DNA of 32,000 nt from Candidatus Saccharimonadota bacterium. GTDB taxonomy: Bacteria > Patescibacteriota > Saccharimonadia > Saccharimonadales > UBA4665. The notes beneath the pieces are model-generated. The model saw only the letters and a list, made by a program, of their open reading frames with translations. It was not told the origin of the DNA and searched no databases. Of the stretch, positions 9,427 through 18,356 are shown piece after piece. The stretch is taken from the NCBI GenBank assembly GCA_016699955.1, contig CP064993.1, forward strand, positions 1,179,497 through 1,211,496. The letters run 5' to 3'. Positions within the stretch are counted from its first letter, which is position 1. Each line of letters begins with the position of its first letter. The translations under genes were made by a program, and so were the position numbers.

Positions 9427-10941
9427 TTACGCGTTGGGGGGTGGGGTATCGATGTGGGTTTCGTCGCGGGCAAGCATGTGACCTTCGGGGTCAACATCAT
9501 AGGCAATAATGCCACCGAAGGGCATTTCTAGACTCTCAACAGCTTGGTCGGATATATTTTCAATGTATTTTATGAGGGCGCGAAGTGAATTGCCGTGCGC
9601 AACGAGCAGCACATTCTTACCAGCCATAAGTAGCGGGACAACTTCATTTTGGTAAAATGGCACCGCGCGCTCATAGACTACTTTGAGCGTTTCGCCATTT
9701 GGCACCGAGTGATCCCAGCCGCGCCGAATACCGTTAAACTCTTCTTCGCCAACTAGCTCTTTCATGTCCCACTTGTTTTTTCCGGTGTAGTCGCCGTAAT
9801 CACGCTCGTTTATTTCTCGGCGGCGTTCATACGGAACATTGAACTGCTGAGAGGCATTGAGCATGCCCTCAAGAGTCTCGAGCGTGCGCACTTGCTCTGA
9901 GCAATAGGCTTTGTCGAGTTTCATGTCGAGCTCACGGAGCGCTATGCCAAGCAAACTTGCTTCGTGAAAACCCTTTTCGCTCAGGTGAACATCCGTTAGG
10001 CCTGTCCACTTACCACTTGCATTCCACTCGCTTTCGGCGTGACGCGTCAGCAAAAGCTTTCCAGCGGTAGGCTTGATAGGTTTTACCTGGTTTGGTATGT
10101 CGCCGTACCAAAAACGAATGATATTTTGGCAGGTTGTGCCGTTTATACGGCCAATCGCTTCCTCGGTGTTAAACGCGTTATGTGGGGTCAGTATCACGTT
10201 TGGCAACTTGTTGAGTGCCATCAGCGCCACGCTTTGGGCACCGGTTGATGGCGGCAACTTGTTACTGCGCAGCAGGCCAACTTCTTCCTCCATTTTGAAA
10301 AGCTGTTCGCCTTCCAACACGTCGAGCGCGGCACCGCCAAGACGGTCGTGCATGAGCGCATCTGCCAGAGCCGAGGCATCGACGAGCTCACCGCGGGCAG
10401 TATTGACTAAAAAGGCTGTTGGTTTCATGAGCGCTAGTCGTTCAGCGTTTATGAGATGCTTATTTTCAGGAGTAAACGGCGCATGAAGTGTCACTACGTC
10501 GCTAATCTTTAAAAGCTCTTCCAGCTTTACATATTCAAAGCCAAGGTCACGCGCCAACTCTTCTTTGCCGTATGGGTCAAACCCAACGACACGCATTTCA
10601 AAACCCTTGGCAATTTTTATAACATGCTGGCCAATATGCCCAGTTCCCACTACGCCAATGGTTTTTTCGTGCAAGTCACTGCCCATCAGTGTGCTGAACT
10701 CGACTTCATGATTCAAAAAACCTAGACTGGGGGCAAGTTTGCGGGTAAGTGCCAGGAGCAATGTAAAAGTATATTCGGCTACTGTTGATTCGCCGTATGT
10801 CGGTACATTTACTACCTTTACACCGCGGGCTTCAGCGGCCGTCAGGTCGACATTGTTGAAGCCGGTTGAGCGACAGGCGATAAGTTTTAGCCTGGGCAGT
10901 TTCTCTAACATCTCACTTGTCACACTACTGGTGACAAACAC
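9427..10941 (-). CDS. Fusion protein: D-isomer-specific 2-hydroxyacid (D-lactate-type) dehydrogenase domain, N-terminally truncated, joined to a 2,3-BPG-dependent phosphoglycerate mutase domain
   Basis: The N-terminal half has CRSTGFNNVDL, the NAD-binding loop GVVGTGHIGQ, and NTARGELVD/TPHNAF. The C-terminal half has LLLTRHAESEWN (RHGE-type catalytic His), GLTDVHLSEKG and VAHGNSLRAL. No stop separates the two domains. The track start is the GTG at 10941. Confidence 0.8.
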   Translation of the reverse strand: MFVTSSVTSEMLEKLPRLKLIACRSTGFNNVDLTAAEARGVKVVNVPTYGESTVAEYTFTLLLALTRKLAPSLGFLNHEVEFSTLMGSDLHEKTIGVVGTGHIGQHVIKIAKGFEMRVVGFDPYGKEELARDLGFEYVKLEELLKISDVVTLHAPFTPENKHLINAERLALMKPTAFLVNTARGELVDASALADALMHDRLGGAALDVLEGEQLFKMEEEVGLLRSNKLPPSTGAQSVALMALNKLPNVILTPHNAFNTEEAIGRINGTTCQNIIRFWYGDIPNQVKPIKPTAGKLLLTRHAESEWNASGKWTGLTDVHLSEKGFHEASLLGIALRELDMKLDKAYCSEQVRTLETLEGMLNASQQFNVPYERRREINERDYGDYTGKNKWDMKELVGEEEFNGIRRGWDHSVPNGETLKVVYERAVPFYQNEVVPLLMAGKNVLLVAHGNSLRALIKYIENISDQAVESLEMPFGGIIAYDVDPEGHMLARDETHIDTPPPNA

Positions 10942-11085
10942 CTAAATAACCTCGGCTTCGGGATCAAGATTGTTTAAAGCTATACCCTCTTCCACAAAAG
11001 TCCAGCGGTGGTCAGTGCTTTTGAGACCATCTTCGAGTTGCCGCCTGTCTAGGCTCGAAGCGTCGTAAAAATAGATTAGTGCCAT
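10942..11085 (-). pseudogene. Detached first 47 codons of the dehydrogenase domain, ending in an in-frame TAG
   Basis: The ATG at 11085 has GAAGG 5 nt upstream and reads MALIYFYDASSLDRRQLEDGLKSTDHRWTFVEEGIALNNLDPEAEVI, then TAG (10944-10942), in the same frame as 9427..10941. The join EVI*VFVTSS aligns with the AVCIFV segment of LdhA-type enzymes. Confidence 0.7.
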
Positions 11086-11245
11086 ATGCCTTCAGTATGC
11101 CATAAGCGGGATAAAACGCATAGGCTCTGTCACGCATTTTGCTTTCCTAGGGCAAACATAAGTGCATTTTTCCTCAAAGCCCGCAGGGAGGAGCGGCAAA
11201 GTATAGCTAGTGGCATAAACGTAAGCAATATGCGATGATAAATAT

Positions 11246-12520
11246 ATGAAAATAACATCCATACACGCACGACAAATATTAGATTCACGAGGCAACCCGA
11301 CTGTCGAAGCCGATGTTGTCTTGGGTAGTGGCGTTATGGGCCGCGCTGCGGTACCAAGCGGGGCGAGCACTGGCACCCACGAAGCCTGCGAACTGCGCGA
11401 CGGTGATACGACAAAATACGGCGGGCAGTCCGTCGAAAAAGCTGTTGCCGCCGTAAACGGTGAACTTACTAAAGCCCTATGCGACAAACCGGCCGACGAT
11501 CAGTTCGTTCTCGACCGTCTGATGATTGAGCTAGACGGCACCCCCAACAAATCTCGTCTGGGTGCCAATGCCATATTGTCAATATCCCTTGCCGCAGCTC
11601 GAGCCGCTGCACTAGAGCGCGGCGTGCCACTTTATCGCCACCTAAACGACATCGCCGGGAACCCAGCCATGAGCCTACCTATGCCCATGATGAATATCGT
11701 CAACGGCGGCAAACACGCCCTCGGTGGAGCTGATTTTCAGGAAGGAATGGTCATTCCGGCTGGCGCAAACAGTTTTAGCGATATCGTCCGGATGGGCAGC
11801 GAAATATTTCACGCGCTTCAGAAACACTTGGCAGATCAGGGGCTCTCAACCCAGGTTGGTGATGAGGGCGGCTTCGCGGTGGCCGTCAATCATAACGAAG
11901 AGGTATTGCACCTGCTTGCGGTAGCCACTCAGAAGGCTGGTTACATTCCGGGGAAAGATGTATTTTTCGCCCTAGATGTTGCCGCGAGCGAACTCTACAA
12001 AGACGGCAGCTACCATCTTGCCCGGGAAAATACGACACTCAGCTCGGCGGAACTAATTGAACGCTACGAGCAACTCACTCAGAAGTACCCGCTAGTTTCT
12101 GTTGAAGACGGACTTGCCGAAGACGACTGGGACAACTGGCAAAAATTGACTCAAAAGCTCGAGCAGACACAACTTGTCGGCGATGACCTACTGGTAACCA
12201 ATCTTGAACGACTCAATAAAGCTATTGAGCTAAAAGCCGGAAATGCCATTTTAATAAAGGTAAACCAAATCGGCACACTCACCGAAACTATTCAGGCAAT
12301 CAACCGCGCGAAAGAAGCTGGCTGGGGCGTAATCATTTCGCACCGCAGCGGCGAGACAGAAGACGTCTTTATATCGCACCTAGCTGTCGGCACTGCTGCC
12401 GGGCAAATCAAAACCGGTAGCTTAAGCCGCAGCGACCGTGTCGCCAAATACAACGAGCTCCTACGCATAGCCGAATTCGACCCAACCCTCCCCCTTGCCC
12501 AACCATTTGTTGGCGAATGA
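11246..12520 (+). CDS. eno: Enolase
   Basis: 424 aa. Carries [39 protein letters not shown] and SHRSGETED. Confidence 0.95.
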   Translation: MKITSIHARQILDSRGNPTVEADVVLGSGVMGRAAVPSGASTGTHEACELRDGDTTKYGGQSVEKAVAAVNGELTKALCDKPADDQFVLDRLMIELDGTPNKSRLGANAILSISLAAARAAALERGVPLYRHLNDIAGNPAMSLPMPMMNIVNGGKHALGGADFQEGMVIPAGANSFSDIVRMGSEIFHALQKHLADQGLSTQVGDEGGFAVAVNHNEEVLHLLAVATQKAGYIPGKDVFFALDVAASELYKDGSYHLARENTTLSSAELIERYEQLTQKYPLVSVEDGLAEDDWDNWQKLTQKLEQTQLVGDDLLVTNLERLNKAIELKAGNAILIKVNQIGTLTETIQAINRAKEAGWGVIISHRSGETEDVFISHLAVGTAAGQIKTGSLSRSDRVAKYNELLRIAEFDPTLPLAQPFVGE

Positions 12521-12609
12521 AGTAAAACGCGTCTAGTGGACCTGTTGTCTTCTGATTTGAAGCTGCTTACGTGTAGTCTACTGGTGCTGTTTCTGAAGGG
12601 GTATGATTC

Positions 12610-14028
12610 CTACGAAGAGAGAACGGTCGGAAGTACGTTGTTCGCCCATCCCCAACCATCGGCCTGATCGATAGGACCGTCGTAGAAGAACATACCGCGT
12701 AGAGTTGGCCATTGGCTGCGGGCAGAACTCCAGTATTGCAGCATCAGTGAATACGCCATACCACCGTTGCTGTAGTTGGGGCCAGTCACGCCCATTATTA
12801 CCTTATTTGCAGGTATACCATAGGTGCTGACGGCTTTGTTGATATAGGTTTGGATATACGACCAACCTTGGGAGTAATTGCTGTACTCGGGGCTGTCGTA
12901 GAACTGAAGGCCAAACAGTGTGAGCATGCCAGCTTGCTGTAGTTGCTGGGCGGCTTGGAAAGGAGCGGTTTCCCATGGCCGCGGTACCATGGTAATCATG
13001 AAGCTAGAACCATAGTGGGCAACAAGCTGTTGCGACACACTGATAATATTTGCTACCGTGTACGAGGATGATTCGAGGTCCCAGTCGATGCCATCAAGTC
13101 CCAGCCGGTCAATGATTGACTTGACACTATTGACCATCTGGGTGACGTGCGTGCCAGTTTGTAGTGCAATGCCGCCATCATTGGCGCCACCAAGTGTCAA
13201 GATCACCTTTTTACCAGCGGCTTGTTTAGCAGCAATAAATGCGGCATCACCCTCAAATGGCGAGTAGCTTAATGTACCAGTCCCCGAAGCGGCTGATTGG
13301 GCAACAAATGCGTAGGCATGAGTGGCGCCATGCGAGAAACACTGTGACAGTGTCGGTGAATTCCATTTGTTGACGTAGTACCCAGCCAGAATGGCAGGAA
13401 GCGAGCTTGTCCCGCCCGTGGTACTTCCTGTGACCGTAGCGGTGTTTGTCGTCCCACCAGCCGAGAAGTTACCGACTATGCTGTAGGAATAGCTCGTACC
13501 AAGCGTGAGGCCAGTGTCGTTGTAGCTTCGAGCGGCAGCTGCGGGCGATGCAATGATGTTGCCGTTGCGTCTAAGCGTAAAGTCGTTGAGCGCGCTGCCA
13601 GAATAGCTCCAAGCAAGGTTAAGGGTAGTGTTGGTCGGAGACGATATCAAAAAGTTGGTTATAGTGTTAGGGCTAGTGCTCGGCAGGCTGAATTGTACCT
13701 TTGGCCCGACAATCCAAGTCGCTTGGTTGTCGATACTGTATGATACATAGGCTACGAAGTTACCAGCGCTCAAGGTGAGCGATCCCGACAGGTTAAAAGT
13801 ACCGTTAACTGTCTGGCCATTAGCAAAAGCGGTCGAAGCTACCCACGGGTAGCCACCGGTGTCTTGGGCGACGGAAATATTGAGGCCATCGAAGGTAACC
13901 GGTAAAGTGGTAGTAATGCTGCCGCTGAGGCTGACGGTTAAATTCGAAGGAATGGCGGTAACTGTACCATGTGTAATCATCTCTGGTTCGTTTGCCGCTC
14001 GTTGTAGTCTGCGCCTGGACATGCTCAT
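12610..14028 (-). CDS. GH18 family glycoside hydrolase (chitinase-like) with N-terminal Ig/FN3-like beta-rich region
   Basis: Catalytic DxxDxDxE motif LGLDGIDWDLE. The preceding Ser/Thr/Asn-rich region has FN3-like periodicity (NLAWSYSG...YSYSIVG). I could not see an obvious signal peptide. Confidence 0.75.
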   Translation of the reverse strand: MSMSRRRLQRAANEPEMITHGTVTAIPSNLTVSLSGSITTTLPVTFDGLNISVAQDTGGYPWVASTAFANGQTVNGTFNLSGSLTLSAGNFVAYVSYSIDNQATWIVGPKVQFSLPSTSPNTITNFLISSPTNTTLNLAWSYSGSALNDFTLRRNGNIIASPAAAARSYNDTGLTLGTSYSYSIVGNFSAGGTTNTATVTGSTTGGTSSLPAILAGYYVNKWNSPTLSQCFSHGATHAYAFVAQSAASGTGTLSYSPFEGDAAFIAAKQAAGKKVILTLGGANDGGIALQTGTHVTQMVNSVKSIIDRLGLDGIDWDLESSSYTVANIISVSQQLVAHYGSSFMITMVPRPWETAPFQAAQQLQQAGMLTLFGLQFYDSPEYSNYSQGWSYIQTYINKAVSTYGIPANKVIMGVTGPNYSNGGMAYSLMLQYWSSARSQWPTLRGMFFYDGPIDQADGWGWANNVLPTVLSS

Positions 14029-14242
14029 GATTAATATAGTATCACGGAAGGATTGTTTGGGAGCACAGTTTTTCTTTGTTCTAGACAGCTACAATAAAAA
14101 AATGACAGCAAATAGCTCCCGTATATTTCATTAGTTAGCACTTAAAGGACAGGTGCATCTATATGAGCCTTAAGTGGAGTTAAGAGTTCTTGAGAAAATC
14201 AAGTGAAGTAAAACTTGTATCTGTTATTACTCCGTCCCAGGT

Positions 14243-14261
14243 AAAAAATCGCTGAAGGCGA
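14243..14261 (-). terminator. Weak intrinsic terminator downstream of the 14286 gene
   Basis: The minus strand reads TCGC-CTTCA-GCGA followed by TTTTTT. The stem is only 4 bp, so confidence is low. Confidence 0.25.
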
Positions 14262-14285
14262 CTGTAATAATAACTACTCGATATG

Positions 14286-14537
14286 CTACATGCCGAGGTT
14301 TTTCATGGCGTGGTAAACCAGAAAAGCCGGCCAAACAAGAGCTTTCAGCAGTCCAAAAGCGCCCATCCAGAACCCAGTTGCTGTCGATATATAGTAAATC
14401 GCCGCACCAATCATGCCTATAGAGTAAACCGAGTTACCGCCGCCCTGACGAATGACTGTCCGGTGTCTCCGTACACGCTTATTGGCTCCCCTGTCGCTCC
14501 TATCTATCACTTCTGCTTCAACAACGTGCTTTGCCAT
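14286..14537 (-). CDS. Small two-helix membrane protein
   Basis: 83 aa. A basic N-terminal tail (RVRRHR) is followed by two hydrophobic helices (VYSIGMIGAAIYYI and FGLLKALVWPAFLVY). Confidence 0.55.
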   Translation of the reverse strand: MAKHVVEAEVIDRSDRGANKRVRRHRTVIRQGGGNSVYSIGMIGAAIYYISTATGFWMGAFGLLKALVWPAFLVYHAMKNLGM

Positions 14538-14617
14538 ACATTTCTCCTTTATTCTTCCATTCTACCACTATTCCCTTTTCGCCCCTGTTATGCTACACTG
14601 TTTCAGCTAAACTCCAT

Positions 14618-14645
14618 TTGAAAAATGAAGAATGTAAATTAAAAT
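14618..14645 (+). promoter_or_regulatory. Candidate promoter for tRNA-Glu
   Basis: TTGAAA (14618-14623), 16 nt, then TAAAAT (14640-14645), about 17 nt upstream of the tRNA 5' end. Confidence 0.3.
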
Positions 14646-14662
14646 GGAGTGCTAGCGCTTTT

Positions 14663-14737
14663 GGCCTCATCTTCTAACGGTTAGGAAATCGGGTTTTCAT
14701 CCCGGCAATCGGAGTTCGATTCTCCGTGAGGTCACCA
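14663..14737 (+). tRNA. tRNA-Glu (anticodon UUC), CCA encoded
   Basis: Hand-folded cloverleaf. Acceptor GGCCTCA/TGAGGTC, D arm TTCT-AACGGTTA-GGAA, anticodon arm TCGGG-TTTTCAT-CCCGG (anticodon TTC), variable loop CAAT, T arm CGGAG-TTCGATT-CTCCG, discriminator A, then CCA. Confidence 0.85.
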
Positions 14738-16415
14738 TAAGAGATTTTTCAAGCGGCGCAAGCCGAAAGACCGAATTCACCCCCGTAAAAAGGGGTGTTT
14801 TTGGTGTTCCATAATCTAAATCATTGTAGGTAGGAAGTTCGTTGAACAATAAGCCAAATAACTTGGCCTTTTTGAGTGGATCCTGCTGCTTTAACAGTAG
14901 TGAATCGAGGTGTTCCAGAAAATATCGCACTCTCGAGAGTATGCGGTCGATATCGATAGGTTTTTTGTTCTGCATGGCTTGTTTCTCCTTCTCTAACTTT
15001 GTTATCTTGCTGTGGATGCTTTCGATTTCTTTTTCTATGTAGGCGATAGCGGTTGGATTCGACAGAAGCATGATTTTGCTGATTGCAGCCTCCGCCTCGC
15101 CCTGAAGTGCCGTAATATGGCTTTCTATAGTTGCCTTATCAGCACCAGACAGTGATTGTCTGCGCTCAAACTCGGCACGGACAGTATCGAGTAGCAAGTC
15201 TATCTGGTCTTGGTTAACCTTTATGCGAGCGATAAACTGCGTAATCTTATCGTCCATATCGTCTTTTGGTACTCGGAAATAGTGCCCTCTGTTGCTGCAG
15301 TGATACGCCGGGTAGTATTTGCCGGACTTGCCACGGCTAGCGCTGCCGAGGAGCGTATTTTTACATTCGGGGCACAATACCACTTTTTTGTAAGGGAAGT
15401 CAGGGTTATTCATAACTTTATTTACTAAATGTGGCTTCGGAGCTTGTCGGTGGATTTCATACTCACCATCCTTTTCGTTGTAGCCAATATACTTTTTGCT
15501 GCGATTTGCTCTATTGAACAAGTCGATGGAGATTAAGCCTTCGAAGGCACATTTAACTGGCTGGTAATCAGTCCATTTCTCTACATTAATACCCGCATAA
15601 ATTGTGCTTTGCAGCATTTTCTGCATGCTTTTGACGGTGAGTGGGCGACCGCCTTTTTTACAAATGACTTTACTTAAGTCGTCTTTGTTACGGATGTAAC
15701 TCACACGAGTTTGGTAACCGAGATCGTTAAGCTTGTCGACGATTTCAGTGTCCGTCAGCAGCCCTTCAGCCCGTAATTCAAACATCATGCGTATAAACTG
15801 CGCCTCTTCTTCGCGCGGTCTTAGCACGGTACGCTTTCCTTGATTAGTGTCTACTTTTTCGCTGTAGTATCCAAAAGGCGGTTTGCGCATCCAATACCCG
15901 TTCCTCGTGTAGCGGATCTCTGCGCCAATCATGCGGCTCATAATGTCTCGCAGCTCGTCTCTTGAACGTTCGGCTTCAAGGATCTCCGACTTCTTGCTTG
16001 GGCTATACACGCTCCATTTATATTCGAACCCAAGGTGGTCGAGCGTATTCACTTGCCGGGAGCTTATAACGCCGTATATATCGACGAGCTGAACTTTGCT
16101 CGCTTCGAGCTGGTTCTTAAGGATATCGTAGCTGAGAGAACCACCACGGGTAAAGCGGTCAATCGATTTGATGACAAATAGGTCTATGGCGTTCTTCGGA
16201 TCTTTGCAGTAGTCAACGGCTTCTTGCATGGGCTGCTGTTCTTTACTGGCTGATTCCATGAACACAAAGTACTTTTTGATTGTTATGCCTTTAGTCTCGG
16301 CGAACCGTTCGATTTGCTCTTTCTGCGCCTCGGGGGAATCGCCATCGGTGCCTTGCTTGGTCGTGGATACTCGTATAGCTGCTACGGCATTTTTGCCAGC
16401 TAATTCAGAGTGCAT
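14697..16415 (-). CDS. Large serine recombinase (integrase)
   Basis: 572 aa. Resolvase catalytic domain (AAIRVSTTKQ with the catalytic Ser; IKSIDRFTRG), recombinase domain, zinc ribbon CPECKN...YHCSNRGH, and a C-terminal coiled coil. The last 14 codons (MVTSRRIELRLPG) are the reverse complement of the tRNA 3' half, and the stop codon sits on the anticodon. Confidence 0.9.
   Translation of the reverse strand: MHSELAGKNAVAAIRVSTTKQGTDGDSPEAQKEQIERFAETKGITIKKYFVFMESASKEQQPMQEAVDYCKDPKNAIDLFVIKSIDRFTRGGSLSYDILKNQLEASKVQLVDIYGVISSRQVNTLDHLGFEYKWSVYSPSKKSEILEAERSRDELRDIMSRMIGAEIRYTRNGYWMRKPPFGYYSEKVDTNQGKRTVLRPREEEAQFIRMMFELRAEGLLTDTEIVDKLNDLGYQTRVSYIRNKDDLSKVICKKGGRPLTVKSMQKMLQSTIYAGINVEKWTDYQPVKCAFEGLISIDLFNRANRSKKYIGYNEKDGEYEIHRQAPKPHLVNKVMNNPDFPYKKVVLCPECKNTLLGSASRGKSGKYYPAYHCSNRGHYFRVPKDDMDDKITQFIARIKVNQDQIDLLLDTVRAEFERRQSLSGADKATIESHITALQGEAEAAISKIMLLSNPTAIAYIEKEIESIHSKITKLEKEKQAMQNKKPIDIDRILSRVRYFLEHLDSLLLKQQDPLKKAKLFGLLFNELPTYNDLDYGTPKTPLFTGVNSVFRLAPLEKSLMVTSRRIELRLPG
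14778..14802 (+). terminator. Intrinsic terminator of the tRNA transcript
   Basis: CACCCC-cgtaaaaa-GGGGTG followed by TTTTT, 41 nt after the tRNA 3' end. It lies inside the last codons of the recombinase ORF on the other strand. Confidence 0.5.
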
Positions 16416-16555
16416 AGTGTAGCCTCGCTCTGTGTAAGTTCTTCTTCAGCTATCTCAAGTAGGAGAGTCGCTAAGTACGCAAGCCTATCCGCTTCGTCCG
16501 CTTGGACGATTTCTGGTGGCGTTTCTTTGTTCTTTGAACCTGTAGGCCTGCTCAT
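16400..16555 (-). CDS. Small 51-aa ORF translationally coupled to the recombinase (possible directionality/DNA-binding factor)
   Basis: Below the track size cutoff. Reads MSRPTGSKNKETPPEIVQADEADRLAYLATLLLEIAEEELTQSEATLCTLN. Its stop (16400-16402) overlaps the recombinase start (16415) by 16 nt. RPTGSKNK resembles an AT-hook-like basic motif. Confidence 0.35.
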   Translation of the reverse strand: MSRPTGSKNKETPPEIVQADEADRLAYLATLLLEIAEEELTQSEATLCTLN

Positions 16556-16579
16556 ATCTACCCTCGTTAAGCTTACCTT

Positions 16580-16612
16580 ATAGGGATAATTATACTACAC
16601 CAATAGGGATAA
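16580..16612. promoter_or_regulatory. Two direct ATAGGGATAA repeats in the divergent control region
   Basis: ATAGGGATAA occurs at 16580-16589 and 16603-16612 (23-nt period). The copies flank a TATACT and overlap the -35 position of the TATAAT at 16629-16634, which faces the wHTH gene. Confidence 0.35.
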
Positions 16613-16714
16613 CTACAAGCATTTTAGTTATAATTCCGAAATTAGAACTTGTTGCTATTCCGCCCCTGTAAAAGTGCACTTTTGCGTTTCTCTCTTTTAT
16701 ACTATGTATACCTT

Positions 16715-17434
16715 ATGGACAGACAACTCAATAACAATCAAATCCAAAATCTCAAAACAGTCCTCAAATTCAGATACGTAACTACCGACAATCTCGCTCA
16801 CTATCAATCAATTACAACTAACTCAGCCTACAGTGCATTAGAAATCCTCAGCAAAGCTGGTTACTTAGAAAAGATATATGAAAAAAGTTACCGACTTTTA
16901 AATAAATCTGCACGGTACTTTTTGACCCAGCAAGCGTTAACGTTCCTGCATAGTCAAGCAGACGTCCAGCTTGATGATGCGATATGGAAAAGCCGTAAGA
17001 CTGATGGCAAGAAAACGCCAGACTTCATCGATCTGCAAGTTGCCCTCCACGCAGCGTACAACGACCTTATGGCCCGATTTGGTAACAAAATAGCCATTGA
17101 TACGGCCTTGGAGCTACATGGCACGGAGGGCATTATTAAACCATTGCCGGGATTGCTCGTCAGGCCCCAAACGGGCAAAAACTTTTTCGTAGAAGTTGCC
17201 GATGGCCAGCACCTATTCTTTATTAGGAAGCGCATTAGGAAGTATATCGATAACTACGAATCAAACGAATGGGAGTGGGATACATACCCCGACATCTACT
17301 TCATGCGCTCTTCGGCGTCGGATCGAACGCGCTTACGTAAGTTCATAAATCAATTGATGGAAGATAGCTACCTCGATGATAGCGACTTCGCGTTTCGTAT
17401 AGTTTCTGGAGTGGATCAAATTAAGCTGCAATGA
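16715..17434 (+). CDS. Winged-helix protein, replication-relaxation-like (plasmid/ICE maintenance)
   Basis: The track ORF starts at TTG 16649; the first ATG is 16715 (MDRQLNNNQIQNLKTVLKFRYVTTDNLAHY...SALEILSKAGYLEKIY). This follows the L..L..FRyvTtdqL...L..L...GyL pattern of replication-relaxation family N-termini. The assignment is from memory of the family, not from a search. Confidence 0.45.
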   Translation: MDRQLNNNQIQNLKTVLKFRYVTTDNLAHYQSITTNSAYSALEILSKAGYLEKIYEKSYRLLNKSARYFLTQQALTFLHSQADVQLDDAIWKSRKTDGKKTPDFIDLQVALHAAYNDLMARFGNKIAIDTALELHGTEGIIKPLPGLLVRPQTGKNFFVEVADGQHLFFIRKRIRKYIDNYESNEWEWDTYPDIYFMRSSASDRTRLRKFINQLMEDSYLDDSDFAFRIVSGVDQIKLQ

Positions 17435-17685
17435 GTACTGGATACGTTAATTCACGAGCTGGGTGACGATTGCCTGCAAGCATCGCGCGCAGGTAATGGT
17501 CGCCTTGTTTCGACTAAGGGTGCGTTTCATTTGTTAACTAGTGCAACAGACGTGTACATTTTCTGAAAGAATATGTACCGGCTGATGTGCTTGGTGGCAG
17601 ATATTCATTAATTGATTAACCTGTGTTGTTTCGTTAGAAACATCTGAGACATGATTCATTCTTGCACCTGAAGCTTTAGCTGAAG

Positions 17686-17967
17686 GTGGAAGTATGGAGC
17701 GTGTCATTGGTACAATGTAGGCATGAAGTCATTAATCACAAAAGATCAAGATCATGTCGTGAATGTGGATCTTCCAATCTGGTTGATTACAAAGTTTGGT
17801 ATCACCGAGGTGTAGAAAATATAGATGTATATATCACTGAGCCGATAGGAACTAACGATGCGTGTGAAATGGGAGCAGAAGAATCATACAAGTGCGACGA
17901 TTGCGGCAGCATTTACCACAAAAAGTATACCAGCCCAGGCTGCATACGTGATTATACATTCGAGTAA
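17686..17967 (+). CDS. Possible zinc-ribbon protein
   Basis: Two CxxC pairs (CRECGSS and CDDCGS). It needs a GTG start and has no clear RBS. Confidence 0.3.
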   Translation: MEVWSVSLVQCRHEVINHKRSRSCRECGSSNLVDYKVWYHRGVENIDVYITEPIGTNDACEMGAEESYKCDDCGSIYHKKYTSPGCIRDYTFE

Positions 17968-18050
17968 AATATACCTAGGTCGACACTATCATCATATAAT
18001 TGCTTAGCGTTTCGTAGGAGGCAGTTTAACGTCATGCCCAGGACGGGTTT

Positions 18051-18356
18051 CTAAAGCCCTGGATAACTCACCGGTCGCCCGATGGTCATCTCGTTATACT
18101 CATCGATATACTCGAGCTCACGCATTTTCTCCGCGTAGTACTCACTTAAGCTTTCGGCTAATCGCACGAGCCTCTCATCCATCTGCCAGTCCTCGACAGT
18201 GCAACTGTTACCGATACCGCCTCGCATACCGCCACCTAAGTAATTCTGGTAGGCGCTCAGGAACTCATCTTCGTAACCGTAGGCAGATAAATCTAGCTCA
18301 CAACCGCCTCCACGATAGCTAAAGTCTTCTCGTGTGATGTTTTCTGCAATCTTCAT
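18051..18356 (-). CDS. Small acidic hypothetical protein (101 aa)
   Basis: AGGAG lies 7 nt upstream of the ATG. By my count there are 20 Asp/Glu against 9 Lys/Arg. No family recognised. Confidence 0.55.
   Translation of the reverse strand: MKIAENITREDFSYRGGGCELDLSAYGYEDEFLSAYQNYLGGGMRGGIGNSCTVEDWQMDERLVRLAESLSEYYAEKMRELEYIDEYNEMTIGRPVSYPGL

Noticed and set aside
11092-11487. 131-aa minus-strand ORF overlapping the enolase start
   Set aside because: It is antisense to the highly conserved enolase N-terminus, has no RBS and has an Ala/Ser/Pro-rich shadow composition. The same reasoning applies to the other short antisense track ORFs inside tpiA, pgk, pyk, ppsA, GH18 and the recombinase.
17450-17659. 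Minus-strand Cys/His-rich micro-ORF (MNHVSDVSNETTQ...CCTS, then TAA, then an in-frame MKRTLSRNKATITCARCLQAIV...)
   Set aside because: It is tempting as another nonsense-split gene. However, both parts are very short and have no RBS or recognisable family, so I cannot tell it from chance.
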